A DNA stretch of 64,000 nucleotides from Candidatus Moraniibacteriota bacterium (GTDB taxonomy: Bacteria; Patescibacteriota; Minisyncoccia; Moranbacterales; UBA1568): contig JBPOHW010000007.1 of NCBI GenBank assembly GCA_052035095.1, forward strand, positions 65,705 through 129,704. Reading direction: 5' to 3'. Of this stretch, positions 41,270-51,115 are shown in pieces. Positions within the stretch are counted from its first letter, which is position 1. Every line of letters starts with the position of its first letter. The notes below the pieces were generated by a model that ran no database searches, was not told where the DNA came from, and saw only the letters and a list, made by a program, of their open reading frames with translations. Made by a program: the position numbers and the translations under genes.

Positions 41270-42379
41270 TTGCAGAGAAAATGTGTTGTTTGCTTTAAAC
41301 AACACAAAACTGTTCGAGTTCTTCATCTGTTCCGTCAATATTCAGCGCTCACCGTTGTCGTATCGAGCGCTTTTTTGGTAACCGGAACCAATATCGCCTC
41401 ACAGGAAAAGCCGGGGGGTATTCTTTCCGGCTATTTCCATACCCAAAACACCGCCGTTCCGGAAGCGAAGTTCGCTCACAAAGAAGAAAAGAAAGAAAGC
41501 CTCTCACTCGTGCCGCTTGCGGTCGCTTCAAATACCGTCGATCCGGACGCAAAACTCGAAGACCCCTCTGTCATCGCAAACCCCAGCCTCATCATCGCCT
41601 CTTCCGACCTCTCTCCGGTGATCCAAAAAGACCCGGAAGAAGAAGGTGGCGTCACTATCTACACCGTTCTCGAAGGCGATACCGTAAGCGGCATCGCTCA
41701 AAAGCACTCCATCACCACCAACACCATTCTCTGGGCAAACGACCTCGCCAATGTGGATGAAATTCGTCCGGGCGACCAAATCTTCATTCTTCCGGTTGCC
41801 GGACTCAAGCACATCGTCGCGGAGGGCGACACCATAGAGAGTATCGCCAAAAAATACAAGGGAGACAAAGATCGCATCATCGCCTTCAACGAGCTTCCGG
41901 CAAATGGACGTCTTGAAACAGGCGAGGAGATCATCATTCCCGACGGCTCCAAGGAAATTCCAACACCGCCCGCTTCCGGTGGCATTCTGGATCGGCGCCA
42001 ATACGCAACCTCAACCGGCGGCACCGCGACCGATATTTCCGGTTGGCGCACCCCCGAAGGCAAAGCCGGCACCGGACACAAGTTTCCCTACGGCTACTGC
42101 ACCTGGTACGTCGCCTCAAAGCGCTATGTCCCCTGGGGCGGCAATGCCGGTACCTGGCTCTACAACGCGAAGTCCCTCGGATACAAAACCGGAAAAACAC
42201 CCCGCGTAGGAAGCATTGTCGTCACTACCGAAAACCGCTACTACGGCCACGTCGCCCTCGTCGAGAAGGTTTCAGGCGGCGAAATCACCGTGAGTGAAAT
42301 GAACTATGTCGGCTGGAGCAAAACCAATCGCCGCACCCTCTCCGCGAGTAGCCGAAGTATTAAGGGATATATATATTAA
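41270..42379 (+). CDS. LysM-LysM-CHAP peptidoglycan hydrolase
   Basis: Two LysM (YTV.EGDT.S.IA), CHAP (YGYCTWYV, WGGNAG.W, YGHVALVE, VSEMNY); TTG start. Confidence 0.9.
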   Translation: MQRKCVVCFKQHKTVRVLHLFRQYSALTVVVSSAFLVTGTNIASQEKPGGILSGYFHTQNTAVPEAKFAHKEEKKESLSLVPLAVASNTVDPDAKLEDPSVIANPSLIIASSDLSPVIQKDPEEEGGVTIYTVLEGDTVSGIAQKHSITTNTILWANDLANVDEIRPGDQIFILPVAGLKHIVAEGDTIESIAKKYKGDKDRIIAFNELPANGRLETGEEIIIPDGSKEIPTPPASGGILDRRQYATSTGGTATDISGWRTPEGKAGTGHKFPYGYCTWYVASKRYVPWGGNAGTWLYNAKSLGYKTGKTPRVGSIVVTTENRYYGHVALVEKVSGGEITVSEMNYVGWSKTNRRTLSASSRSIKGYIY

Positions 42380-42401
42380 TCGCTCAACTTCGATGTTTCT
42401 C

Positions 42402-42434
42402 AAAAGCCGCCACTTGGCGGTTTTTGTTTTTTTT
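42402..42434 (+). terminator. Terminator after the CHAP gene
   Basis: aaaagccgcc-actt-ggcggttttt. Confidence 0.7.
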
Positions 42435-42469
42435 AAAAACACTCCTTCCTCCCCATCCTTTCAGTTTTC

Positions 42470-42735
42470 CTGTTTCATTTTGTTCACATCCTGTGGATAA
42501 CCCGGTATTTTCCCGCGCGAAACTCTTGTATTCACCTGCGGGAAACCCATAAGAAATTCTGCATAACTCCACCCCACCTCCCCACAGACACACACGTCAC
42601 CGAGAATCCCAAATCTATCTTTAAGCATCACCCCTCAGAAAATCCTTTCTTAAAACAGTATTCCTCTCTTTTCAACTTTTCCACCGGACTAATAGTAATA
42701 ATATTTATATTTTAAAAAATATATTCAATACCATA
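42470..42735. other. Probable chromosomal replication origin (oriC)
   Basis: Perfect DnaA box 42492-42500, several 2-3-mismatch boxes, TTTTCCACC (42677) then GGA and CTA-ATA-GTA-ATA-ATA trios (42689-42703), AT-rich tract; + strand C-rich to the left, G-rich to the right. Confidence 0.75.
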
Positions 42736-42801
42736 GAGAGAGGGTGAAGAATGAAGAACCCACCTTACGCAGTTACTGAAATAAGAGCTAAAAACCTAAC
42801 C

Positions 42802-42948
42802 CGTCATACCCGCGAAGGCGGGTATCCAGGTTCCATTCGTCTTCAGTAAATATATTACAAGATTTTGTTCGTTGGGTGATTATATTCAGCAGGTGGTGAC
42901 TACCTGCCTGCCGGTAGGCATGGGCTTCCCGCCTTCGCGAGAATGACG
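42802..42948. repeat. REPIN-like element (inverted CGTC-type REP pair)
   Basis: cgtcatacccgcgaaggcgggtatcc ... cccgccttcgcgagaatgacg with nested cctgcctgccggtaggca. Confidence 0.75.
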
Positions 42949-43039
42949 AAAAGAAAGACGGTGTTTAAGATGAGTAAATTTCTTGACGTGTACTTTTTGT
43001 GGTATACTATTTTCAGAAAAATGTTTTTGTCTTTCGTGT

Positions 43040-45007
43040 GTGAATGAGCGTTCCAAAATAAAAAGATCGTTTCTCTTTCGATTGAGTCTTTTCTTTAAGA
43101 ACCACCCCGTTCTGCTCTTTGTGACGCTCTCGGGGTGTTTTTTGTTGCTGCCGTATGCATCTTACGCTGGAATATGGGATACTGTTTCTCAACCAATTGT
43201 AACGGGAGCGAAGTATTTAGTATATGCTTTTTATTGGTTTTTCTCTCTTTTTGTAAATTTAGCGTCAGCGCTTTTTGTATGGGCGATTGACACGAAAACG
43301 TTTTCGGATCTCATGAATAACGCGGCTATATATACCGTATGGCTTACGGTGCGGGATTTTTGTAATATTTTCTTTATTCTCGTTCTTCTCTTTTCCGCTT
43401 TTGCGACCATCTTTCAGCTTGAGAGGTATGAATACAAGAAAACGATTCCCATGCTCATTCTCATGGCGCTTCTCGTGAATTTTAGCTTCCCGATATCGCG
43501 CTTCGTGATTGATCTTGCGAATGTTCCGATGTATTTCTTTGCACAGAATACGGTCGGGGAAAGTGGGAATATTAGTAGTCTCTCGAGTGGTCTTTTGGGC
43601 GCGTCAAATATACGTGGCGTGATACTTCCCAATTCGCAATCGCCCGATAAAGATATTACTGATTACGATTTTGTGCATTTGCTTGTGGCGGCTACATGTA
43701 TGTTTCTTTTTGGAATTTCGTTTTTTGTGCTGGCGCTTCTTATGTTGATTCGCATGATTGCATTGGTGATATTGGTGATGTTTTCTCCGATTGGATTTGT
43801 GGGAATGATTACGCCGGCACTCCATAAGTTTGCCCATGATTGGTGGGACAAACTCTTTAAATGGGCATTCTACGGGCCGATAGCGGTGATGCTTGTTTTG
43901 GTGGCGCTCGTCGTTATGAAGGCGGCCGGATCAGTGAGTACTACCATGAAGCCGCTCGCTGGTGACAGTGTGAGTAATGACTTTCTTTCTTCCGCCCTTT
44001 TCCTTGCTATTCCCATTGTCCTCTTCTGGATCGCTATCACGCAGGCGGAGAAGTATAGCAATGATATGTCCGGCTTGGGGATAAAGTGGGGGTCGAATAT
44101 AGGGCGAAAGATGGGGGGATGGATGCGACAAGGAACATGGGGTGCAACCAAATGGACGGCAAAAGCCCCATTTAAAGGTGTTGATAATCTTTCGGGGAAT
44201 ACAATTTCCGGGACAGCGCTTGGAATACGGGAGGCATGGAGAAATAGGCAGTCGGCATGGTGGGGCGGAAGTGATATTGATAAGAGAAAGAAGCAGGTTC
44301 AGGATAGCGTTTCTTCTGCATTGAAGAGGAAAGGGACAAGTACACAGGAAGTTCAAAAGAAAGTTTCTGAGCACGAGAAAGAGCATACAACGGAAACAGA
44401 GCTACGAAGACTTGTTGACCAAAACAAAGACGTTGCCGCGGCTATGGTTCTTGCGAAACAGGGGAAGCTTACGAGTGAGGAATTTACAAAAGTTCGGGCA
44501 ACCTTGGATGCAAGTGATCCGAAGAGTGAGCAGGTTATTAATCTTCTTGAAGGAAAGGTGAAGGAGAAACGGTTGGATCTTGTTATGAATTACAAAATGG
44601 GTACAAATGAGGTGAAAGATGAAATAGCAAAGAAGCGAGTTGCTAATCCAGCCTTGAGTGCGGATGATGCTCGTGATGAGGTTTACAAAGAGGTTGTTAG
44701 GAAGGAAATGGCGAAAATAAATCCCTCAAAATGGAGGGAGCAGAACCTTGAAGAGATGTTTAGTCTTGGGAAAGATGCAAGTGGAAGCGAAAGGCAATAT
44801 TCGGTTATTAGGGATGTGCATGGAAATGTGACTGATATTGCAGAGGGTGGAGTTATTATTAACACGAAAGAATCTCAAGAGTTGAAAGCGAGAATTTCAG
44901 GTGCACAGGAAGCATTTAATCGTCATTCATCAAAAAATAAAGATAAAATAATTGACGATATAAGTGGTGATAACTTCGATGCTGGAAGAAAGACGGGTAT
45001 TTGGTAG
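43040..45007 (+). CDS. VirB6/TrbL-like polytopic T4SS membrane protein with a long charged C-terminal tail
   Basis: W..VRDFCNIFFIL.LL, ALLVNFS....RFVIDLAN, R.IAL..L..FSP, WW..LFKWAFYGP; GTG start inferred. Confidence 0.7.
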   Translation: MNERSKIKRSFLFRLSLFFKNHPVLLFVTLSGCFLLLPYASYAGIWDTVSQPIVTGAKYLVYAFYWFFSLFVNLASALFVWAIDTKTFSDLMNNAAIYTVWLTVRDFCNIFFILVLLFSAFATIFQLERYEYKKTIPMLILMALLVNFSFPISRFVIDLANVPMYFFAQNTVGESGNISSLSSGLLGASNIRGVILPNSQSPDKDITDYDFVHLLVAATCMFLFGISFFVLALLMLIRMIALVILVMFSPIGFVGMITPALHKFAHDWWDKLFKWAFYGPIAVMLVLVALVVMKAAGSVSTTMKPLAGDSVSNDFLSSALFLAIPIVLFWIAITQAEKYSNDMSGLGIKWGSNIGRKMGGWMRQGTWGATKWTAKAPFKGVDNLSGNTISGTALGIREAWRNRQSAWWGGSDIDKRKKQVQDSVSSALKRKGTSTQEVQKKVSEHEKEHTTETELRRLVDQNKDVAAAMVLAKQGKLTSEEFTKVRATLDASDPKSEQVINLLEGKVKEKRLDLVMNYKMGTNEVKDEIAKKRVANPALSADDARDEVYKEVVRKEMAKINPSKWREQNLEEMFSLGKDASGSERQYSVIRDVHGNVTDIAEGGVIINTKESQELKARISGAQEAFNRHSSKNKDKIIDDISGDNFDAGRKTGIW

Positions 45008-45040
45008 GAATTAAGTTTTTTTCGTGTAAATTTCTTATCT

Positions 45041-46333
45041 ATGATATCTTCCGGTACCATGAATAGTCAGTTCATAAATAGATCGGTAACCCCTGTTTTG
45101 GTTTGGACTGAAAAAAATCCGGATGAGGAAACTCGAGAGCAAGTGATTGCGAATCATGAGCGATTTCGAATGCTTCCTCCGGAAGCGAAGTATAAGCTCG
45201 GATTTCAGTATACTCCCGAGATTATCAAAAAAATTGGGGAAGACTTCAGTTTGGATCCGCTGAAAATGGCGAGTATTGCTCGTGCGGTACGGAATTTCTA
45301 TTTTGGCGATCTTCCAAAAGAGAAAATTGAAGGATTCTTAATGGAAGAAATGGAAATATCTTCGGAACAAGCTCAAAAAATAGCCTTGATTGTTGATCAA
45401 AAAATCATCAGTGCGCCGATTCCCAAAGATGTTTCTGAACAGACAGTAGAAATTCCCCTTCTCGACGCCCTCTCAAAGTATCAGCGGTTGTCGGAGCAGG
45501 CGGTGACGGAGGATAGAATTGTGGTGAAGGGAGAGGGTCAGCCGGTACGGGGGTCGATTCGCAATTGGCTCCGGCACTATCGGGACGTGGTGGGGATTCG
45601 GAAGCACTCCGCGATGGAACGGGGACAGTTTTTGTTCCAGGGGGAGAATACCAAGCGACTCTCCGCGCCGGATCGGGAAAAGCTCTCACTTCTCTTTCGT
45701 TCGCTCGATGAGAATATGCCGATTTCAATCGATGTCGAGCGACAGGAGGTGATATTCCCAGCATTTGAAGAAAAGTCGAACGCGAATCAAGCGCCTCTCG
45801 AGGAGAAAGTGACGCCGACGCTTGGCACCTCATTTCGTCCGATCGAAAAGTTCCCCGCCTCTTCCACTCCCATAAAGAAGGCGCTCGAGTGGAAGACAGA
45901 GAAAACAGCGATACCGCCGCTTTTTGGGAATGTTCCCGCGCCACCACGACCCGAGATTACGTCATCGAAATCGGTCGGCGTTTCTGCTCCGGTATACGCG
46001 ATTCCCCCTATTCCTGTGTCGCCGAGCGGAGATGCTCGCGCGGAGGGAGGTAAGAGTGGAGGAATGCCTGCGGCGCAAGAAGGAATGTCGGTCTCGTCGC
46101 CGTTTTCCGCGCCGGGAAATATGAGTTTTAGTTCAAGTCACGTGCTTCCCCACGAGAAGGCAGCTCTTCCTGCGGAGCCGCCGCAAGAGGGAGTATCAAG
46201 CGAAGGACATCCTCCTTCAAGGGGTCCCGAGGCAATCAGTGTCATTAAGCCTCGTGGCGATCAGTTTGGCTTTCGCGGGAAGTCGTCGGGAGATGACTTC
46301 GATGCTCCTCGTGTGGTAAACTTACGGGGTTAG
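45041..46333 (+). CDS. Hypothetical protein (helical N-terminus, Pro-rich C-terminus)
   Basis: Long ORF co-oriented within the T4SS cluster. Confidence 0.7.
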   Translation: MISSGTMNSQFINRSVTPVLVWTEKNPDEETREQVIANHERFRMLPPEAKYKLGFQYTPEIIKKIGEDFSLDPLKMASIARAVRNFYFGDLPKEKIEGFLMEEMEISSEQAQKIALIVDQKIISAPIPKDVSEQTVEIPLLDALSKYQRLSEQAVTEDRIVVKGEGQPVRGSIRNWLRHYRDVVGIRKHSAMERGQFLFQGENTKRLSAPDREKLSLLFRSLDENMPISIDVERQEVIFPAFEEKSNANQAPLEEKVTPTLGTSFRPIEKFPASSTPIKKALEWKTEKTAIPPLFGNVPAPPRPEITSSKSVGVSAPVYAIPPIPVSPSGDARAEGGKSGGMPAAQEGMSVSSPFSAPGNMSFSSSHVLPHEKAALPAEPPQEGVSSEGHPPSRGPEAISVIKPRGDQFGFRGKSSGDDFDAPRVVNLRG

Positions 46334-46421
46334 AAAAACTGACAACGTACAACGAACAACAGGAATCCTTTGTTTTATTGTGGTTGTTTGTTGCCAGTTG
46401 ATTGTTGTCTGTATTTTTCCT

Positions 46422-46823
46422 ATGCTCTTCAATGTTCCGCAATTCATCGATGTGGAGGATAAGATCGCGGGACCGCTTACTGTGAAGCAGGTGTTGTGGC
46501 TTATCGGGATGGGGGCGGTGCTGTTTATCGTATGGACTTTTTTTGATACGCCAACGTTTTTCGTCCTTTCCGTTCCTATTATCCTCATTTTCGCGCTGTA
46601 TGCCTTCTATCGACCGTACAATCAGTCTATGCTTTCCTTTACCATTCACGGGGTGATGTTTTTTTTTCGACCCAAGCTCTATACATGGGATCGACCGGGA
46701 GTAATGAAACGACCGGATCCGAAACCGGTGGAAAATAAACCGATATCGGAATCCCCTCGACCGCTTTCCTTTGAAGAAATACAAGCATTGGCGAAAGTGG
46801 TGGATAGAGGTGGGAAGCGATAG
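46422..46823 (+). CDS. PrgI family protein (VirB3-like)
   Basis: F.VPQFIDVEDKI.GPLT.KQ, 2 TMs. Confidence 0.88.
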   Translation: MLFNVPQFIDVEDKIAGPLTVKQVLWLIGMGAVLFIVWTFFDTPTFFVLSVPIILIFALYAFYRPYNQSMLSFTIHGVMFFFRPKLYTWDRPGVMKRPDPKPVENKPISESPRPLSFEEIQALAKVVDRGGKR

Positions 46824-46826
46824 CAC

Positions 46827-46979
46827 TGTCATTCCCGCGAAGGCGGGAATCCCTGCCTTCCGGCAGGCAGGCAGGTGTCACAATGCCCAATGTAACATCT
46901 TTACAAATGAAGTCTGTAAACATTTTCTGTAAGCTGGTGGAGCCTGGTTCCCTCCCGCTGAGGCGGGACGGGGATGACG
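46827..46979. repeat. REPIN-like element with nested palindromes
   Basis: tgtcattcccgcgaaggcgggaatcc ... cccgctgaggcggg..ggggatgacg; nested cctgccttccggcaggcagg. Confidence 0.7.
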
Positions 46980-47001
46980 ATTGGATGAATTCTTTTTATC
47001 T

Positions 47002-47697
47002 ATGGAAACCCTGAATCCTCAAAAATCCGTGTCGAAAGATTCGAATTCGAGCACTCAGCGCTACGTAAATGTAGAAGAGGTGCGCGATGGCGTTATCGTG
47101 CTCAAAAACGGCGCGCTTCGTTCGGTGCTTCTGGTGTCGTCGCTCAACTTCGATCTCAAGTCCGCCGAGGAACAGGACGCGATCATTTTGCAGTACCAAA
47201 ATTTTCTCAATTCGCTCGACTTTCCCGTGCAGGTGGTCATTTCTTCGCGCCGATTCGATATTCGCCCGTATATCGAGCTCCTCAAGGATAAAGAAAATCA
47301 CCAGCGAAATGAACTCCTTCGGCTTCAAATATCGGAGTATCAGAACTTTATCAAGAATCTCGCCGAGGTATCGAATATTATGTCGAAGCTTTTCTATCTC
47401 GTGATACCGTTTTCGCCCGTCGAGGACAAAGAAAAAGGCCTCTTTCACAGTTTGACGACGCTCTTTAATCCGTCGGGGGCGGTTTTGGAACGGCGGGAAT
47501 TTTTCGAAACCTACAAAAATCAGCTCTGGCAGAGGGTGGACCACGTGAGTTTCGCGCTCTCCCAAACGGGAGTGCGAGTCGCGCCGCTCAATACCGAAGA
47601 GCTCATCGAACTCCTCTATAATTCCTACAACCCTTCACTTTTTACGACACGTCTCACCAAAAACATCGAAGCGATTGATTTGGAGATAGAACGATGA
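47002..47697 (+). CDS. TraC/VirB4 N-terminal-like T4SS accessory protein
   Basis: STQ.YV..EEVRDG..LKNG.LR, NF.LKS.EEQ.AII..YQ.FLNSLDFP.Q; lies between prgI and virB4. Confidence 0.75.
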   Translation: METLNPQKSVSKDSNSSTQRYVNVEEVRDGVIVLKNGALRSVLLVSSLNFDLKSAEEQDAIILQYQNFLNSLDFPVQVVISSRRFDIRPYIELLKDKENHQRNELLRLQISEYQNFIKNLAEVSNIMSKLFYLVIPFSPVEDKEKGLFHSLTTLFNPSGAVLERREFFETYKNQLWQRVDHVSFALSQTGVRVAPLNTEELIELLYNSYNPSLFTTRLTKNIEAIDLEIER

Positions 47698-47750
47698 GGG
47701 AATGACGGTTGTGGTTTGTGGTAGTATTCTGTGGTTGTTGTCAATACCAT

Positions 47751-49571
47751 ATGCGTGTTCCATTTCTCGCTCCTTCAATGGGCGAACAAGATGAAATTTT
47801 ACAGAGTGAAATGCTCTACCAACGAGGCGTCGCGCGCGTTCGTGATTTGATCGCGCCCTCCGCTATCAAGGTGAGTGCAAATTCACTGCAGGCGGGGGAG
47901 ACGGTTACGCGGACACATTTTATCATCGCGTATCCGCGTTATCTCAATACCAATTGGTTCGCGCCGGTCGTGAATCTCGACTTTCCTATGGATGTCGCGA
48001 TGTTTATCCACCCGGTCGATACGCGGGATATTTTGAAGAGTCTCCTCAAATCTGCGACGCGCGTCGAGTCATCCATTCAGATGGAGGCCGAGGCGGGAAA
48101 GGTGCGCAGTCCCATTCTGGAAACCGCGCTTCAGGATATCAATGAGCTTCGCGACAAACTTCAACAGGGAACGGAAAAGTTTTTTCGCTTCGGCATCTAT
48201 ATCGCGCTCTACGCCTCGTCGATCGAGGAATTGAATCGTATGAGCCGGTCAATCGAATCGCTCCTTGAAGCGCAACTTGTCTACGTGAAGCCGGCGGTGA
48301 TGCGGATGGAGCAAGCATTCACCTCGACGCGGCCGATTGCCATGGATGAGCTTGATGTCGCCAATAATCTCAACACCGCGCCGCTCTCGACAACCTTTCC
48401 CTTTGTTTCCGCCGATCTCTCGTCTAATGACGGCATCCTCTACGGGATCAATCGCCACAACAACAGCCTCATCCTCTTCGATCGCTTCAAGCTGGAGAAC
48501 GCTAATATGGTGATTTTCGCGAAATCGGGAGCGGGCAAGAGTTATTTCGTGAAGCTCGAAATTTTGCGGTCGATGATGTTTGGTACGAGCGTGATCGTGA
48601 TTGATCCGGAGAATGAATACAAGCACCTTTCAGAAACCGTGGGGGGCTCGTTCATTCATATGAGTCTCAATTCTCCGTTTCGTATCAATCCCTTCGATCT
48701 CCCGAAGAAGCGCGATGATCAAGAGGACTTTGAGGGACTTTTGCGAAGCAATATCGCCACGTTGATCGGACTGCTTCATCTGATGCTCGGGAGCGTGACG
48801 CCGGAAGAGGACTCTATCCTCGATCAGGCGCTCCGCGAAACGTATGCCGTGCGGGATATTACGGGAAGAACCGACCTTGCGACGCTCACGCCAAGCTCCT
48901 TTCCCACGATGACCGATCTCTACGAGGTGTTGCGGAATATGGAGGGGACGGAATCGCTTGCCGCGCGGCTTGAGAAGTATACGCAGGGGATTTTTTCGGG
49001 ATTTTTGAATCACGCGAGCAATATTTCGGTTCAGAACCAAATGGTGGTGTTCAATATTCGCGACCTCGAAGAAGAACTCCGTCCGATCGCTATGTATCTC
49101 ATCCTGCACCTTGTGTGGAATGAAATGCGTTCCGAAATGAAACGCCGCCTTGTTGTGGTGGATGAGGCGTGGATTATGATGCAAAACGACGATGCGGCGA
49201 GCTTTCTTTTCGGTATCGCGAAGCGCGCGCGGAAATATTACTGTGGACTTACTACGATTACGCAGGACATCAGTGATTTTATGGGATCGCGCTACGGCAA
49301 GCCCATCGTGACCAACTCTTCGCTCCAGCTCCTTTTGCGTCAATCGGTTTCCTCAATCGACGTGGTGACGGAGACGTTCTATCTCACGGATCACGAGAAA
49401 TTCCTCCTTCTGGAGAGCGCGGTCGGCGAGGGAATTTTCTTTGCCGGGTCAAAACACGTCGCGATCAAAGTGGTCGCTTCTTACAGTGAAGATCAAATCA
49501 TCACTTCAAATCCAGAACAATTGGTCGAGATCGAAGCCGCGAAAAAGGAATTTGACGAACAGGGAATGTGA
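47751..49571 (+). CDS. VirB4/TraC-like T4SS ATPase
   Basis: AKSGAGKSY, VIDPENEY, INPFDL, VVDEAW, KRARKY, ITQD. Confidence 0.92.
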   Translation: MRVPFLAPSMGEQDEILQSEMLYQRGVARVRDLIAPSAIKVSANSLQAGETVTRTHFIIAYPRYLNTNWFAPVVNLDFPMDVAMFIHPVDTRDILKSLLKSATRVESSIQMEAEAGKVRSPILETALQDINELRDKLQQGTEKFFRFGIYIALYASSIEELNRMSRSIESLLEAQLVYVKPAVMRMEQAFTSTRPIAMDELDVANNLNTAPLSTTFPFVSADLSSNDGILYGINRHNNSLILFDRFKLENANMVIFAKSGAGKSYFVKLEILRSMMFGTSVIVIDPENEYKHLSETVGGSFIHMSLNSPFRINPFDLPKKRDDQEDFEGLLRSNIATLIGLLHLMLGSVTPEEDSILDQALRETYAVRDITGRTDLATLTPSSFPTMTDLYEVLRNMEGTESLAARLEKYTQGIFSGFLNHASNISVQNQMVVFNIRDLEEELRPIAMYLILHLVWNEMRSEMKRRLVVVDEAWIMMQNDDAASFLFGIAKRARKYYCGLTTITQDISDFMGSRYGKPIVTNSSLQLLLRQSVSSIDVVTETFYLTDHEKFLLLESAVGEGIFFAGSKHVAIKVVASYSEDQIITSNPEQLVEIEAAKKEFDEQGM

Positions 49572-49629
49572 GGAGGAATAGGGAAGAGGAAATGGGATCG
49601 GTTACTTCATATATTACCTTTGATTTTGT

Positions 49630-50388
49630 ATGGCAATTGCGCAACCGATTACCAAGGAACAGGATATACGCGATCAAAAGGAGCGCGAAAAAAAAGAGCA
49701 AGCATTTTTGAAGCAAGAAAAAAATTCGATGCCGACGGCGAATGACGCGCGATATGATCGTCCGGCGGCAAACGACGCGAATTTTGACGAATCGGAAAGA
49801 GAACGACTTCAACAAGAGGCGAATATGCTTCGGAATGCCCAACGGCCGGCGAGAATCCTTCAAGAAGAAGCTGAGATTTCCGAAATGGAAGAAGGAATGG
49901 GGAGTGGAAACGGAGATATGAAAAGAAAGACGGAATCGGTGAAGCTCTCATCGTATTCGGCGCCCTTGATAGTCGCAGTTTTCAAGGATCTTATGGATTA
50001 TACAGTGGTGCTCGCGCTTCCCGGCGTTGGCACGGTCCTCAGTTTTTGCGCGAATATCTTGATACTCCTTCTCCTCTTCTTCCCGAAGCGCCGCTACAAG
50101 ATCGCTTCGAATGCGCGGATTGCCATTATCGATGCCTTTATCTTGATCGGGCTGGTTCCGCTTGAGGGATTGATGTTTCCCTTTAATCTTCTTCCCTTTA
50201 CGATTGCGGCGGTTGGTATGATCTACTCCGTCGACAAAAAATTTGTCGCCAAACGAAACGCGAAAACATTCGATAAAAAAGAAATGAAGGGGAAGCTGTC
50301 AGCCGTGCTTCGCCAGGTCTATGCGGATCGAGCGGTACCAATGAAAGACAAGAGCGGGGTTCGAGAACGAATGCGCGAAGCGTTTTGA
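49630..50388 (+). CDS. Hypothetical membrane protein
   Basis: Charged N-terminus, 3-4 TMs. Confidence 0.7.
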   Translation: MAIAQPITKEQDIRDQKEREKKEQAFLKQEKNSMPTANDARYDRPAANDANFDESERERLQQEANMLRNAQRPARILQEEAEISEMEEGMGSGNGDMKRKTESVKLSSYSAPLIVAVFKDLMDYTVVLALPGVGTVLSFCANILILLLLFFPKRRYKIASNARIAIIDAFILIGLVPLEGLMFPFNLLPFTIAAVGMIYSVDKKFVAKRNAKTFDKKEMKGKLSAVLRQVYADRAVPMKDKSGVRERMREAF

Positions 50389-50422
50389 TTTCCTCGCTCT
50401 TGTTTCTCAGTTATTGAATACT

Positions 50423-51115
50423 ATGTCTCAATATTCAACAACTATCCGTATGCTTCTTACCGACCGTCGATTTCTTGCGGCGCATATGGTGGCGTTCGCG
50501 GGAATGGCCTTGGTTGCGTTCTTTCCTGGAGCGGAAACTATTCCAGCAATGCTCATGCTTCTTCTTGCGGGCTACGGTCTTTTGCCGGCGATATTTATTC
50601 ACTTTGTTCTGAAGGAATCGATTGCCTCGTACGGATTTCATTGGGGGAGGGGGAGATTCTTTCCGACTCTCGGACTTTTGATTTTGATGATTACGATAGC
50701 GCTCGGCGCGGTTTGGTCGTTTCTTTCCTTTACGGACGCGGGGCTTCGATATGTTGACGGAACGAATATCGCGTTGCTTCGCGGGAGCTTTTCGGCATTT
50801 TTGATTTTTTCCGCGCTGTCGGTACCGGTTCTTTTTTTGACGGAAGCGTTCTTTCGGGGATTTCTTCTCGGGATATGGCGTCGGTATTTCGGGATATGGA
50901 GCGTGGTTTTATCGGTTGTCGCGACACTTTTTCTCTCATGGATTCGAGTGAGCGATGTATCGAGTCACGCTTTTTTCGGAGAAATGACCATCCTCGCCAT
51001 TGGTTCGATATGCGCCTCGATCATTGCTTTTTTCTCGGGATCGTACTTGCTCTCCTTTTGTTTTTTCTTTTTTTTTGATACACTGTCAACAGTGTTTGCG
51101 ATGATACTTTCATGA
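50423..51115 (+). CDS. CPBP (CAAX/Abi) intramembrane-protease-like protein, degenerate
   Basis: About 8 TMs; TEAFFRG.L (EExxxR-like); downstream His motifs not evident. Confidence 0.65.
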   Translation: MSQYSTTIRMLLTDRRFLAAHMVAFAGMALVAFFPGAETIPAMLMLLLAGYGLLPAIFIHFVLKESIASYGFHWGRGRFFPTLGLLILMITIALGAVWSFLSFTDAGLRYVDGTNIALLRGSFSAFLIFSALSVPVLFLTEAFFRGFLLGIWRRYFGIWSVVLSVVATLFLSWIRVSDVSSHAFFGEMTILAIGSICASIIAFFSGSYLLSFCFFFFFDTLSTVFAMILS

